Below are positions 1 to 11,479 of a stretch of 64,000 nucleotides of DNA, piece after piece. This DNA is from Eledone cirrhosa (lineage: Eukaryota): positions 386,384,001 to 386,448,000 of the forward strand of contig OZ024740.1 in assembly GCA_964016885.1 (NCBI GenBank), in the 5' to 3' direction. How positions within the stretch are numbered: position 1 is the first letter of the stretch; every line of letters begins with the position of its first letter. A program made the translations under genes and the position numbers. The notes beneath the pieces are model-generated. The model saw nothing but the letters and a program-made list of their open reading frames with translations. It made no database searches and had not been told where the DNA came from.

Positions 1-23
1 TGGACATCAGCAATGATGAATGC

Positions 24-894
24 TCATCTATATTCTTGTGAGCCTATGTAGAGGGAGAATGTGGCATCCATACACTTTGATTGTAGAACCATTGATGGCT
101 GCCAAAGGTTGACCTCACTCTCCACAACGGCAGTCCTTTGAGATTCCGGGGTGACGCTGACTTCTGCTCCTGTGTTGATTAGGAATCTTTGTCTGGAGAT
201 CCAATCATGGACATACGACAGCAGTTGATCATGTTTGCTGGCCACTAGGGTGTGTTTAACAGTGGCCAACCTTGGAGTCGATGATGAGTAGTTCTTCAAG
301 TTGTATGGTTGTTTACATCTGGCAACTGTTGCTCTAAACTTCTTGTGATAAAAACATATTATCCTGTGTGACCTCACCATGTCTTGTGGCCAACTTCGTG
401 GTATTGATCATAATACTTATCAACAAAAAAATGTTTGTCTGCTGATCTAGCAAACTCTCATAACTCATTGATCTCGGTCTGCATTATGAGAGGTGGGTGG
501 GCATTTTACATAGGAATATCTCCCTAAATAGAAATCAAGTGTTTCATCAAGGGGCACTAATGCCAGCACTCTGTCAATCAGCTCTGAAGGCTTGGAATTA
601 CCTATCCCATTGGTATCCAATATTCTGGTTGCCTCCTCCTGATTAGTCAACCAGAATGTTTTAATGAGTCTGTTTTTTTAATGTTTTGTATTTCTAAGCA
701 GCTGGTAGTTTGATTAAAGTATCTAACACCCTTGTTGCTGTGTCTTCGTCTAGCACTGCTGTCACATGAGTATTTCATTAAATCCATAGTGATGTTTTTA
801 ATAGTAAACTGTGCCTCAGCTTTGCAAGCAATACTTTGGCTCTTTTTGACCAGAACTGGGGAAGTTTCAATGCAATGGCATTTTCACTTGTCAT
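24..894 (-). mobile_element. Degraded Ty3/Gypsy LTR retrotransposon gag-protease region
   Basis: Minus strand from ATG 894 reads MTSENAIALKLPQFW...AEAQF (Gypsy Gag N-terminus). ORF 24-380 has CFYHKKF...C (Gag Cys/His box) and FLINTGAEVSV (degenerate aspartic protease FLxDTGA). Broken by stops and frameshifts. Confidence 0.8.
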
Positions 895-929
895 GATTAC
901 GTGCTATTTTTCTTCTCGGCATCACCATT

Positions 930-1130
930 TATAGCTTTAGTTAAACTATAATGTTGATGACAAACTGTGACTTGTTGGATTATTATTTAATGAGTAATGA
1001 GCTTTGACAAATGTAAGAATGAAAAGTCTACTTCTGCTGTCCAGCTCTAATTCCAGGAAAGCTGGGAATATTTAGTGCTGCTCCAGTTCAACACCAGGTT
1101 CACAATAAATGAACACAGTCATCCTCTACA
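930..1130 (-). mobile_element. Putative 5' LTR of the Gypsy element, with adjacent primer-binding site
   Basis: Minus strand begins TGTAGAGGAT at 1130 and ends CTATA (decayed CTACA), followed by TGGTGATGCCGAG (PBS-like) just upstream of gag. The second LTR is not in the window. Confidence 0.5.
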
Positions 1131-1239
1131 AGCTTGCAGGTAATGCTTTACACACCATACAATTATGAATCAAAAATCAAAAATGATAGAGGGATGAAAA
1201 AAAAAAGAAAGGGGACAAGAGAATGCAAAATAAGTTTAA

Positions 1240-1459
1240 CCCTTTAGCATTTAAACCGGCTGTATCCGACCAGAATTCTCTCACCTCTTTCTGTTGAAAC
1301 CGGCCATAACTGGCCATTCATACTGACGTTAAGGTATTGTTCTCAAAATAAATAATATCAAAATCTCATAGATTCTATATTATGTGAGATAATATGTGAG
1401 ATAAAGCCTTTACTGTGGAAATATAATAGTAAATATGGAATAATATAAATGCTAAAGGG
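1240..1459. mobile_element. piggyBac-type MITE (220 bp)
   Basis: Perfect 14-bp TIRs CCCTTTAGCATTTA (1240-1253) and TAAATGCTAAAGGG (1446-1459), flanked by TTAA at 1236-1239 and 1460-1463. Confidence 0.9.
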
Positions 1460-1463
1460 TTAA

Positions 1464-2030
1464 ATAAGAAAAACAGGTGAAAAACAAGGAGAGCAATAAA
1501 GCAGATAAAGTTTCTGTTGAATTACTTCGGGGCCACCATTTACTGAAAGATCTTGTTAATGGTTGGTAGAGTTTGGGGTTAATTGATATAGTGAGGGATA
1601 TTGGAAGAGAGTTCCATGTAGTAGATATAGAGAGCAGGAGAGTTTGGTGTTAATTGATATAGAGGGGGGATTGGGATAGAGTGTTGTATGCATTTCGGGG
1701 CCACCATCTACTGAAAGATATTGTTAATGGTTGCCCATCAAATCTTGGTAGGTTTTTAAAGACAAGCTTCAAGATTTTGTCTTTCTCAGACTGGTAGTCT
1801 TTACATTAGAATAAATAGTGCTATAGAGTTTCTGGGTAGTCTCCACAAGAACACAGAGGTGATTCTATACAGATGTTGAGGAAAATATACATCAATAAGT
1901 CAATTCTATATGTTGTATACAATGTCAGGCGGATAATGTATTTAGAAATCATTCTGTCAAGGCTAAAGATCAAGGTTATCGTTTTGCTAGGAGAGAGAAT
2001 TTGTGCCAAATAAACAGCTTACCATAGGTG
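1464..2030 (-). mobile_element. 3' fragment of an I-group-like LINE (paralog of the LINE split by the hAT/satellite)
   Basis: Minus strand SPLCSCGDYPETL*HYLF*C (C-terminal CCHC knuckle). Aligns by eye to 16418-16487 plus 48333-48505. Contains local duplications (1526 vs 1694; 1568 vs 1640). Confidence 0.75.
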
Positions 2031-2392
2031 TCAATGACCAGTATAGAAGCTGCTAAATAGAACTTTCACTTCTGTTTAAATAGGCAAAGAATGGTTTAAT
2101 ATATTACTAATTTCTGATTGGTTAAAATAACATGCATGGGAACAGTATAACCAATATTTAGCAGTTGAAACATCTATGTATGTGTGTGTGTGTGTATATA
2201 TATATATATGTGTGTGTGTGTATATATATATATGTATGTGTGTGTGTGTGGTAAAAGGTAAACAGAAATAACAAAACGAACGGTACAGTATATGGAAGGA
2301 ATATATATTAGTTTAATGCTTGAAATAGAAGGCAGAGGGTTATCATCATCATCACTGTTAAACATCCAATTTTCCACACTAGTATGGGTTGT

Positions 2393-2510
2393 GAAGGTGC
2401 ATGGCTTAGTGGTTAAAGAATTGGATTCACAACTGTGAGGTTGCGAGTTCGATTCCCAGGCTGGGCAATGCGTTATGTTCTTGAGCAAGACACTTTATTT
2501 CCTATTGCTT
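2393..2510 (+). mobile_element. tRNA-derived SINE head plus CORE-like segment
   Basis: A box TGGCTTAGTGG, B box GAGTTCGATTCC, then TTCTTGAGCAAGACACTTTATTTC shared with 59311-59626. Confidence 0.8.
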
Positions 2511-2899
2511 CTTCTGCCAGGAATTGTGACTGGTGGATAGTATCAACAATGGAAACATTGTTTCCTTGGTCCAATTTAACAAGCTCCCTTCTCTCAGTAA
2601 GTGAATGAGGTCAATCAATTTTTTCATTCGTTTTTCATATATATTTGGATTCTACCAATGTTGTATTTACAGGAATGCAATATGAGTTGAACAGCCTAAC
2701 CAATATTCAATGACACACAAAATGAATCCATTGTTTCAGAGTGACAACCAATTAATTATCTGATTTTGAAGGGGCTTTGAGCAGAAGACAATGTGTGAAA
2801 CTCATACAACAGAAGGGCAATTGCCCAGGAATAAATATATATAAAAAGAGGGTAATGGCTAAATACACCCTCCACCTCACCTCATCGTTCATGAAGCCG

Positions 2900-3154
2900 A
2901 GTAAGGTGTTTTTGTGGCAGACTAGTAGTTGCCATGCATGACAGTCTCCGCTCTCCATGCCGCCAATGTTATTCAAGCGAAAGGGCATTAAATATACACC
3001 ACAGTGATGTCATAACTCATGTTTTCCAGTTGAGTGAACAGGGGTGACATGAAAGTATCTTGTTGAAAGACAATGCACTGGTTGTTTCAGGAATCAAACT
3101 CATAACCTTACAATTTTAAGCCCAATGTTCTACCCATTAAGTCATATGCCTTCA
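2900..3154 (-). mobile_element. Degenerate tRNA/CORE-type SINE
   Basis: Reverse complement gives a decayed tRNA head (ATGACTTAATGG...GAGTTTGATTCC). The body is similar to 51203-51425. Confidence 0.65.
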
Positions 3155-3158
3155 CACA

Positions 3159-3227
<69 letters not shown>

Positions 3228-4600
3228 TGTCAGGTCACTTTTGAGTGCTACTAGTAACATGTAACTCAGTACAACCTGTCACATGGATGGGTCATCAGTG
3301 ACTAAATCACCAACCTCACCAAGCTTACTGGGTGAGGAGTTTCATTTTTTGGATATCCTACGAGACAAAAAATAAATTCCATTAAAATGGGTGAAGGAAC
3401 TCTTGAGAGTCAATGGCCTTCCAATATCTTATGTATGTTGTTCACTGGGTTCATGGAAAACTTTTGCACCAATCCTTTGTTATCAACATTTCCCAAAGCC
3501 TTCACCACTATAAACAATTCAATTGTGTGATAGCTCAACAGTTCTACCTAATTTTGTCTATTTGATATCCTGTCATTAACAAAAAGCCCACTGGCAAGAG
3601 AGAAAAGTCAATGGGAACAAGTAAAGGGTATTACAGGAACTCCTTTGCTGGAGCTCTTCACAGTGGTAACCATCAGGTGATGGCCACTTATACACAAAAT
3701 ATGAGCAGTTTGTGATGTTCGTGTCCTCTGATGGTGACAAAGCAGACCTATTTAGACATAGCACTGCTTTCTTTACACAGCGAGGAGGCACTAAAAGGAG
3801 ACCTACACAAATGTTTGCTTAATCTTTTATGTTGGCTATCAACTGCAGATCTCTGGTTATATGTGGTTGAAATAAAACAAAACGTTCAACTTTTGGCTCC
3901 TGGAATGTTCAAATCCGGGTGAAGATCAGCCCTCATCTGCAATGCACTCTATAGATATATCAATATCTGTGCCATAAATAATACCCTACTCCCTGGCACA
4001 TCCCAAATGGAAGAAGTAGCAGAAGGTGGATGTGGGTGTTTTGAGATCTACTAATGAGAGGCTGAAACTTTCTGCAAAACTTGACTCATCCCTTAACTCA
4101 GTCCAGATTTCTGATGACATTGAAGCTTCCTGGAAAGTACTCAAAGATGCCACCTATGCAGACTCTGTAGAAATCTTAGGATTTCCTTTGAGAAAACACC
4201 AGAACTGGTTTGGTGGAAGCAACTCTGATATCCAGAATCTTATCAGCATGATATATAACCTATACAGGCTTTGGATTGGAGATAAAAACTCAACAACTAC
4301 AAAGAAAGTCTTTAAAGGATTGTAAGCAGCAGGTACAGTCTTAACTCAGAAAGATGAAGGATTCTTGGTGGGCAGCTACTGCTACAAAGCACTCAAGAGA
4401 TTTTATAATGCTCTGAAGGCGGTGTATGGTCCAAACACTTTGAAAAGATTCTAAATGCTGAGTTAATCGTAGATTACGATATATCATCTATTCTATAAAG
4501 GTCAGAGTTACCTGAATTAATATTCAATCCAAGTCTGAATGAAGTACAAGCTGCTATCAAGCAACTGTCATCGAATAAAGCTTCTGGTAAAGATGGCATC
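3228..4600 (+). mobile_element. Degraded, internally deleted RTE-clade LINE (5' region, EN start, linker)
   Basis: TFGSWNV at about 3890 (EN start), LRKHQNWF in ORF 4026-4325, PSLNEVQAAIKQLSSNKASGKDGI at about 4528-4598 (pre-RT motif). Confidence 0.7.
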
Positions 4601-5019
4601 ATATATATATTTGTCTGTGTGTGTGTGAGGTGCATGTGTAGCATCATATTCAACAAGTAGTAAGAGAGCTCTGTATCCATTGAAGAGCTTTAAAGTTACT
4701 TTATAGTGATATTATATGAGATTTGTTTGGGTTACTCTTGGTTTCTTATGATAACCATGCATCAAAAAAGGCATTACATACACACCACAGCTGAAAACAC
4801 ATTTCTTCAGATCCATAATCCTTTATAATATGGCTGCACAATAACCAACATTAGATCAGGAGAACTAGAATGTATCTGTAAGAGAAAAAGAGAGGGAGAG
4901 AGTGAAAATGTAGAGGTGACAATCATACCATTTTATACTGGTGAGTTGTTTTCCTATAAAGTACAAAGTAGATATTTTGTGAATGTATGGCTGAAGTGTA
5001 TATTTTAGAAATATGTATG

Positions 5020-5800
5020 ATATGTACACAATGCAGATCTTGGGTACACAAGAGATGTAGTGGGATAGCAGGCAAACTAACAGGTAGGGAAAACTATGTA
5101 TGCAGTAGATGTACAGGGAAATTTGACAGTAGAAGTCGCAGTGATAGACACATTTTTCAAATGCAGGTGGGTTCTATAGAAATGGTTGATAGCTTCCGGT
5201 GCCTAGGTGATCAGATTAGCATGGGAGGAGGGGTGTTCCGAGGCCATAGTATCTAGAATAAGGATGGGTTGGAAGAAGTTTAGGGAGCTGCTTCCTCTGT
5301 TGACAAAGAGGGGTTTCTCCTTGTGTACGAAAGGCTGGTTATATGATGCCTGTGTGAGATGCGCGATGCTGCATGGTAGTCAGACATGGGCGGCAACTGC
5401 AGAGGATATGCGATGGCTGGAGAGAAATGAAGCAAGCATGCTCCATTTGATGTGCAATGTCAATGTACGTGAACGACCAAGCATAGATGAGTTAAGAGAG
5501 AAACTGTGTATAAGAGGGATAAGTTGTAGTGTGCAGAAGAGAAGACTGCGATGGTATGGACATGTGATGCACATGGAGGATAACCACTGGGTAAAGAAGT
5601 GCCAAGAAATGCCAGTAGAAGGATGATGTAGTAGAGGAAGACCACGAAAAATATGGGCAGAGGTGGTAAGAGCAGACTTTAGATCACTGAAGCTCACGGA
5701 GGAGATGACGAAGGACTGTGACAAGTGGAGAGATGCTGTGCTGAATAGGACCAGTCCTACCCTTGCAAGCAAGGAAAAGCGAACGTAAAATAATGATGAT
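5020..5800 (+). mobile_element. 5'-truncated RTE LINE 3' end (PHD-finger family), frameshifted
   Basis: CTQCRSWVHKRC...CSRC, MLHGSQTW, RRLRWYGHV, RGRPRK; ends in the GCAAGCAAGGAAAAGCGAACGTAAAA(TGA)n tail. Confidence 0.9.
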
Positions 5801-6039
5801 TTCATACACAAAATTTATATAAGCTGCAGTTTATTTTTGCCTCAGTGAAGATGGATAAAAATCTTGAAATACTAGTGTCTTGGATTCTCATATTGATACT
5901 AAAGTAGCTGTGACATCATCACAGATTAAAATACTCATAATGAGACTGATGTATGTTTGTTATACACATATTGTATACACATTCATATGTACACATTATT
6001 TGATGACCATTGACTCTCCTGAGTTCCTCTGCTCTTTAA

Positions 6040-6171
6040 CAGGTCTTATTTTTATCCTGCAGTGTGTCCCAAACTCACCCACCTCACTAAACTTGGTGAG
6101 GTAGCCAGTTTAGTCAGCAATGACCCAACCATGTGACAGGTTGTTACCAGTAACGCTCAAGAGCAACCTCA
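6040..6171 (-). mobile_element. Second, inverted copy of the repeat at 3232-3345 (probable RTE 5' UTR)
   Basis: Reverse complement matches CAACCTGTCACATGG.TGGGTCAT...TGACTAAA...ACCTCACCAAG at about 3272-3325. Confidence 0.6.
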
Positions 6172-6244
6172 CATAACATAATATACATACATATGTGTAT
6201 ATATATATATATATATGTGTATAATGGGTGGATTTAGCTCTATA

Positions 6245-6350
6245 ATGGTAACCATTAGCAGAGTATAGGCATCTTTAGTTTATATATTAATGACTTCTAC
6301 AGGACTAGAACAGTTTCATTTGTGTGAAATTATCAGGACTTTCCTGATTA
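6245..6350 (-). mobile_element. Decayed copy of the hammerhead-bearing short repeat seen at 51936-52110
   Basis: CTTCTACAGGACTAGAACAGTTTCATTTGTGTGAAATTATCAGGA closely matches 51947-51991 and also ends in a short foldback (ATCAGGACTTTCCTGAT). Confidence 0.7.
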
Positions 6351-6453
6351 TATATAATACCCTTGCAAGCAGGGAAAAGCGGACGTAAAATGAAATGATG
6401 AAATGGGATCAAAGTATCATATTTAGTATCATATACATATTTTAATCACATGA

Positions 6454-6814
6454 TACTCTCAGGTCTCAAATAATAGGGGGCTGGGATGGAATAAGCGGGG
6501 GAGTTGGGGGAATCACTAATTTTTGTAGGTTGTCTCTGTTGATTTTTTAAAAAACTAGAATTAGTCGTTTAGTTTACATATTGAGACCCCAACCCATCCT
6601 ATTTATTTTATAATGTATGGGATTTCTAGTAATGTAGTTTTTTTGTAATGTATAATGTTTTAATGTTTTTTTAATGTATAGAGAAATTTATTGTTGTAGG
6701 AATGCTACCGCTTAATTTAAAATGTTGCTTTAGACAGATTAGAAAAATTTAATAAGCAACGGGGGTGGTCTGAAAAATTAATAAGCTTGGGGGTGATTAT
6801 TCATCAGACTTGGG

Positions 6815-6816
<2 letters not shown>
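6454..6816. mobile_element. Possible non-autonomous DNA transposon with degenerate TIRs
   Basis: TACTCTCAGGTCTCAAATAAT ... ATTATTCATCAGACTTGGGTA show loose inverted similarity with TA ends and repeated AATAAGC motifs. Superfamily not assignable. Confidence 0.35.
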
Positions 6817-6844
<28 letters not shown>

Positions 6845-6845
<1 letters not shown>

Positions 6846-8205
6846 AGGAAAGAAAATAAGGCGGCGGTCCCATCGGGGAAATGGCCATGCTCAGTGTGTA
6901 GGAAAGGCGTAGGTAGAAACTCCATTTTATGTCCCAAATGCAAAGTATGGGTGCATAAAAGATGTAGTGGGATCACAGGTAAGCTAACTAAGAACATAGA
7001 TTTTACATGTGGCCGGTGCTCTGGTGCAATAAGTAGCAGCAAGTGCCCACAAAATACTAGCTCCTTCAACTGCGCAGAGGGTTCTATAGAAATAGTGGAC
7101 AGCTTCCGTTATCTGGGTGACAAAATCAGCAGTGGGGGAGGGTGCTCTGAAAGTACAGTAGCTAGAGTCAGAACTGGATGGAAAAAGTTCAGAGAGCTTA
7201 TACCACTATTAGCCGCTAGAGGGTTCTCCCTAAAAATGAAAGGCAGGTTATATGATGCCTGCATACGAACAGCAATGCTGCATGGCAGTGAGACCTGGGC
7301 ATTGTGTGCAGAGGATATACGCAGACTAGAGAGGAACGAAGCTTGCATGCTCCGCTGGATGTGCAATAGTAATATACGTGAACGGCAAAGCATAAATGAA
7401 CTAAGGAAAAAATTAGAAATAAGAGGGATCAGATGTTGTTTACTCGAGAGAAGGCTACGTTGGTACGGTCACGTGATGCGCATGAAAGACGACAGCTGTA
7501 TAACAAAGTGCAGGGCAATAAAGATAGACGGTAGCCACGGAGTAGGCAGACCCAGAAAAACATGGGACAAGCTGATAAATTCCGACCTCACACGCTTACA
7601 CCTCTCCAAGACAATGTCACTGGACCGAGACCTTTGGCGGTACTCAGTAATAGAGAAGACCCGCCTTACCTAAATACAAAGTAAAAACCTACTACAGTCA
7701 GTAGGCATCTCTATCAAAACACACCCCCGTCCCACCACCTCCACCCCACCCACACCGCCCCTTTCAATGTAAAGTTATGTTGGTCCCACATGTAAAGTTA
7801 TGTTGGTCCCACAACATCCAGGCCGAAACAAATGAGATCGTGTAGGTGTCACGACAAAAAACACACAGTCCACGCTGTAAATGTGGCCGTGTAGGCAACA
7901 CGGTAAAAACCTCCCAGCCCCACACTGTAAATGTGGTTGGTGTTAGGAAGGGCATCCAGCTGTAGAAAACCCGCCAGACAGTCCACGCTGTAATGTGGCC
8001 GTGTAGGCAACACGGTAAAAACCTCCCAGCCCCACACTGTAAATGTGGTTGGTGTTAGGAAGGGCATCCAACTGTAGAAAACCCGCCAGACAGTCCTATG
8101 CGAGCAAGACAACCACTCTTGCCTCAAGTGGGAAAACCCCCGTCCAAACCCATGCAAGCGTGGAACACGGACGCTAAACCTGATGATGATGATGGTGATG
8201 ATGAT
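6845..8205 (+). mobile_element. 5'-truncated RTE LINE: open ORF C-terminus (to 7673) with PHD finger, repetitive 3' UTR and (GAT)n tail
   Basis: CSVC-X10-CPKC-X4-H-X2-C-X14-CGRC, FRYLGD, MLHGSETW, RRLRWYGHVMRM, GRPRKTW. The annotated ORF start (6810) is only (TA)n read-through. Confidence 0.92.
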
Positions 8206-8909
8206 ATATGACTAGAATCAGCAAAAGATAAAAGAAAGTAAAAGAATACACACACACTCACACATAATGGTCTTTCGTCTAAAGAAAAAAATTCAAGATA
8301 AACAGAACTATATACAAATGTGTATTAAAGTAACACTGTAGGGAAAGGAAAATGATAGCCGTTCACACATGGTCCTTGAATGGAATTAAGATCAGAGAGT
8401 GGAGTGAGAGAGAAAAGGTGAAATGATCTGTTGTGTAGCTAGGCTGGGAAAGAAAGAGGATGGTGAAAGTTGAGTGGAGCAAGAGAAGCTAGGATTGTAT
8501 TCAGAGCAGGCGTGAATTGGGAATTCAAGAGAGTGAGAGAGAGAGTAATGTAGACAAGAGGATGAAGAAAAAGGAATATAAAGGGACAGAGAAAGACAAG
8601 AACACTCTCACTTCATTAATTTTTTCAGACTTTTCCCACCTCTTTTCTTTTATTTGCTATTTTTTTTGTCCCAGGGGCAGGAGCAAGTCAGAATTGTTTC
8701 GTTCATGTAATATTCTGGGATTGGCCTGGAAACTTTGTGCCACATTTTGTGATGATTCATTGAGAAATTAGGAGGTTGTTTCATGACAATCAGACAAATG
8801 TCCATGCTTATTATAGGGTTAATAAAAATAAATCACTCAATAATACAGGTAATACATATATATGAATGTATATATTACATGTACAGAGAAATGTATATAT
8901 ATATATCAA

Positions 8910-9830
8910 AGTAAGATGCTGTCTCCAAGGTTATAAACACAAAGAAAAATGAATATGAAAACAACTTTACAATAATCAATATAAATAGATGCAGAGGTAT
9001 AGATGTAATAAACATGTAAAAATGGATTCACAATGAGACACATGCAAGCTTATAGTGATTCTGTTTGATTTCTAGATGAAAGGGTAGATACGATGCAGCA
9101 AAGATATGATATATGGATATGTTTGTACTAGAGATGGGATATAAGTGGTAAGGTTAAGTATTTTAAAAAGTTAATAAGTTTGAAATATTTTAGCCTTTGG
9201 TGAGCCCAGTGTCTGCAAATTATGATTGGCTGTGAGTATTAATTAAGCTGTTATCAATTGGAAAAAAGGGATTTCAAATGGTTCCAAGGCACAAAGTTAG
9301 TCTTTTCTTTTAAATTCTTTTGCTTGATAGCTTCGTTTACAAAGAGCAGGTGTTGGAATTATGTTTTTAATTTAGCTAGATGAGATATAACCATAATTTG
9401 GATGACGTTACTGGTGGTAAAACAGAATAATTTAATATTGCTTTGGTTTATGATTCTGTGATATCCATGACAGGCAAAAAGTGATTGTGTATGAATTTAA
9501 AGAACTCTTTGGCACTAGAAGTTTGGCATTATATGTTGTAATTATATGTTCAAATCCCGCCGAGGTTAACTTTGCCTTTCATCCTTACGGGGTCGATAAA
9601 ATAAAGTACCAGTAATGCACTGGATAATTGCTGGCCTTGTGCCTAAAGTAGAAACAATTATATGTTGTAAGGAGGGATTATGCCAATCTGTGTATTTTCC
9701 TATTTTTGACAAGGTAAATTTGTTCTTTTGGGACATGTTTAAATTGTTTGGTAAATACACTTTTTTCTGGGAGGGGCTATTTGTTGTAATATTCAACCTT
9801 CTCTTTGAAAACTTCTTCATCAGAAAATAA
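8910..9830 (-). mobile_element. Possible Penelope-like retroelement remnant, interrupted by a SINE
   Basis: KIGKYTDWHN resembles the TGxYxxWxS motif downstream of Penelope RT. Otherwise heavily decayed. Confidence 0.3.
9548..9660 (+). mobile_element. 5'-truncated SINE (Deu/Nin-like domain family)
   Basis: GTTCAAATCCCGCCGAGGTTAACTTTGCCTTTCATCCTTACGGGGTCGATAAAATAAAGTACC, near-identical to 48888 and 49608. TSD ATTATATGTTGTAA at 9528-9541 and 9657-9670. Confidence 0.88.
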
Positions 9831-9904
9831 TAAGTAATGCTCTAATGATATGTTCTTACAAGAATACACAGTTAGTTTTTTTTTTTTTAGAGAGAGAATA
9901 TATT

Positions 9905-10690
9905 GTTGGAGTAAGGATTAAAAATCTACAGGCAGTCAAATATTTGTGGACTTCTCATTGACTCTGTCCACCAAAGAAAAATGGAACAATTTTTTCTTAC
10001 ATATTGGATTCCACAAAAAACAGTAGCAGCAGTTATGATGATCTACAAACATACAAAATCTAAAGTCTGATCACCTGACAGACACAAATTTCTTTGATAT
10101 CAATACAGGTGTCTTGCAAAACAATACACATACACCATTTTTACTAGAGTAAGTGCATTTCAATTGACAAAATTAAAGAACTTAGCTTTAGTTTAAGAGA
10201 CTCTGTCTTCCTTTGTTACCCAGCCACAACAACAATAGATATGGATTATGCTGATGATATTACTCTTTTCATAGACATAACATTAAAAGCTACCACACTT
10301 CTACATAACCTTGAAAAAAATGACAGAAGAATTGATCATCATTTATCAATGTATCAAAGACTAAATATATCTTCAATAAGGAGGGCTCAAAGCGCATTGT
10401 CAAACAAAACCCTAAAAAATGTGGGGACTCTTTCAGATACTTAAAAAACAACATCACACTCAGAAAAACGATGTAAAAATTTGGCTCACAAAAGCATAAG
10501 CTATTCTTGATGGCTTCAGTGTCCTAGGAAAGTTATCATTATTATGTGATCTAAAGAGAAGTTATGTCTGTTTTGTTACAGAATCAGTGCTATTATATTG
10601 GTCCACTGCTTAGACATTCACAAAACATATGATAGTTTTTGTGCTTGCATATTATGGGTCATTCTGAATATCTCCTGGAAGGAGCATCTA
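9905..10690 (+). mobile_element. Decayed RTE-like reverse transcriptase fragment
   Basis: TGVLQ at about 10105, DYADDITL (10244), ESVLLY at about 10580; many stops. Confidence 0.7.
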
Positions 10691-10693
10691 ACA

Positions 10694-10790
10694 CAGTGGT
10701 TCTCAACCAGGGTCCATATAAACATTTTTGAGGTTCACACAAAATATAGGGGTCCACAGTAGAATTTCAGGGGTCCATGAAAAAGTTTTG
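10694..10790 (+). mobile_element. One end of a hAT (Charlie-like) MITE
   Basis: CAGTGGTTCTCAACC terminus with repeated GGGTCCA subterminal motifs. The opposite TIR was not found. Confidence 0.55.
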
Positions 10791-11016
10791 GTTTCCAAGA
10801 AAATATTTTAAGCCTTAGAGAAAGAAAAAAAACAGTTAACTAAAAGTAGTTGGTCAAAAAGTTCCTTAGGGAATTAATAGAAATCAAAAGAAATTATATT
10901 GGAGAAAAACAAAAGTGGCAACAATCAGAATCAGTGATGATAAAGTGTAAATAAATTTATGTACATATACAGACACACTTATATATATATATTGTTTTTA
11001 TGAATGCTTTATGTTG

Positions 11017-11311
11017 TGACACTTTATTTCACATTGCTCCAGTTTACTCAGCTGTAGAAATGAGATGATAGGACTGGGGTCCCTATCATTCCACTGCAAA
11101 GTGGTCGTGGAGTTGCCACGCAAAAAAAGCACCCAGCCCACACTATAAAGTGGACGTGTAGGTGCCACAGAAAAAAAGCACCAGCACTCACTGTAAATGA
11201 GGTTGGTGTTAGGAAGGGCATCCAGCTGTAGAAATCAAGCCAGAATCAGTTCCAGTCCCACTCTTGCAAGCAGGGAAAAGCGGACGTAAAATGATGATGA
11301 TGATGATGATG
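11017..11311 (+). mobile_element. Headless CORE-type SINE with RTE-derived 3' tail
   Basis: Near-identical to the reverse complement of 59311-59560; ends GCAAGCAGGGAAAAGCGGACGTAAAA(TGA)n. Confidence 0.85.
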
Positions 11312-11479
11312 ATATATAAATATGTATATATCATGATAATGGTATACATATATATATATATACTTGCATGCATATACATATACCATACATATATATATAC
11401 CACATATATATACATATATACATACATATATCATACATATACATACATACATCATATATATACACACATATATATATAT

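Noticed and set aside
2393-2465. tRNA gene
   Set aside because: The A/B boxes run into SINE body sequence and no complete cloverleaf is evident.
2521-2690. Exon pair (CAG|...|GTAAGT, TTTACAG|)
   Set aside because: Splice-like sites are present, but the acceptor overlaps a SINE end, the peptide is unrecognisable and the next segment stops after five codons.
3228-6171. Inverted pair 3232-3345 / 6070-6171 as TIRs of a composite transposon
   Set aside because: No TSD is discernible (both ends abut TA-rich tracts). The left copy is contiguous with an RTE ORF, so two retro-copies in opposite orientation is the simpler explanation.
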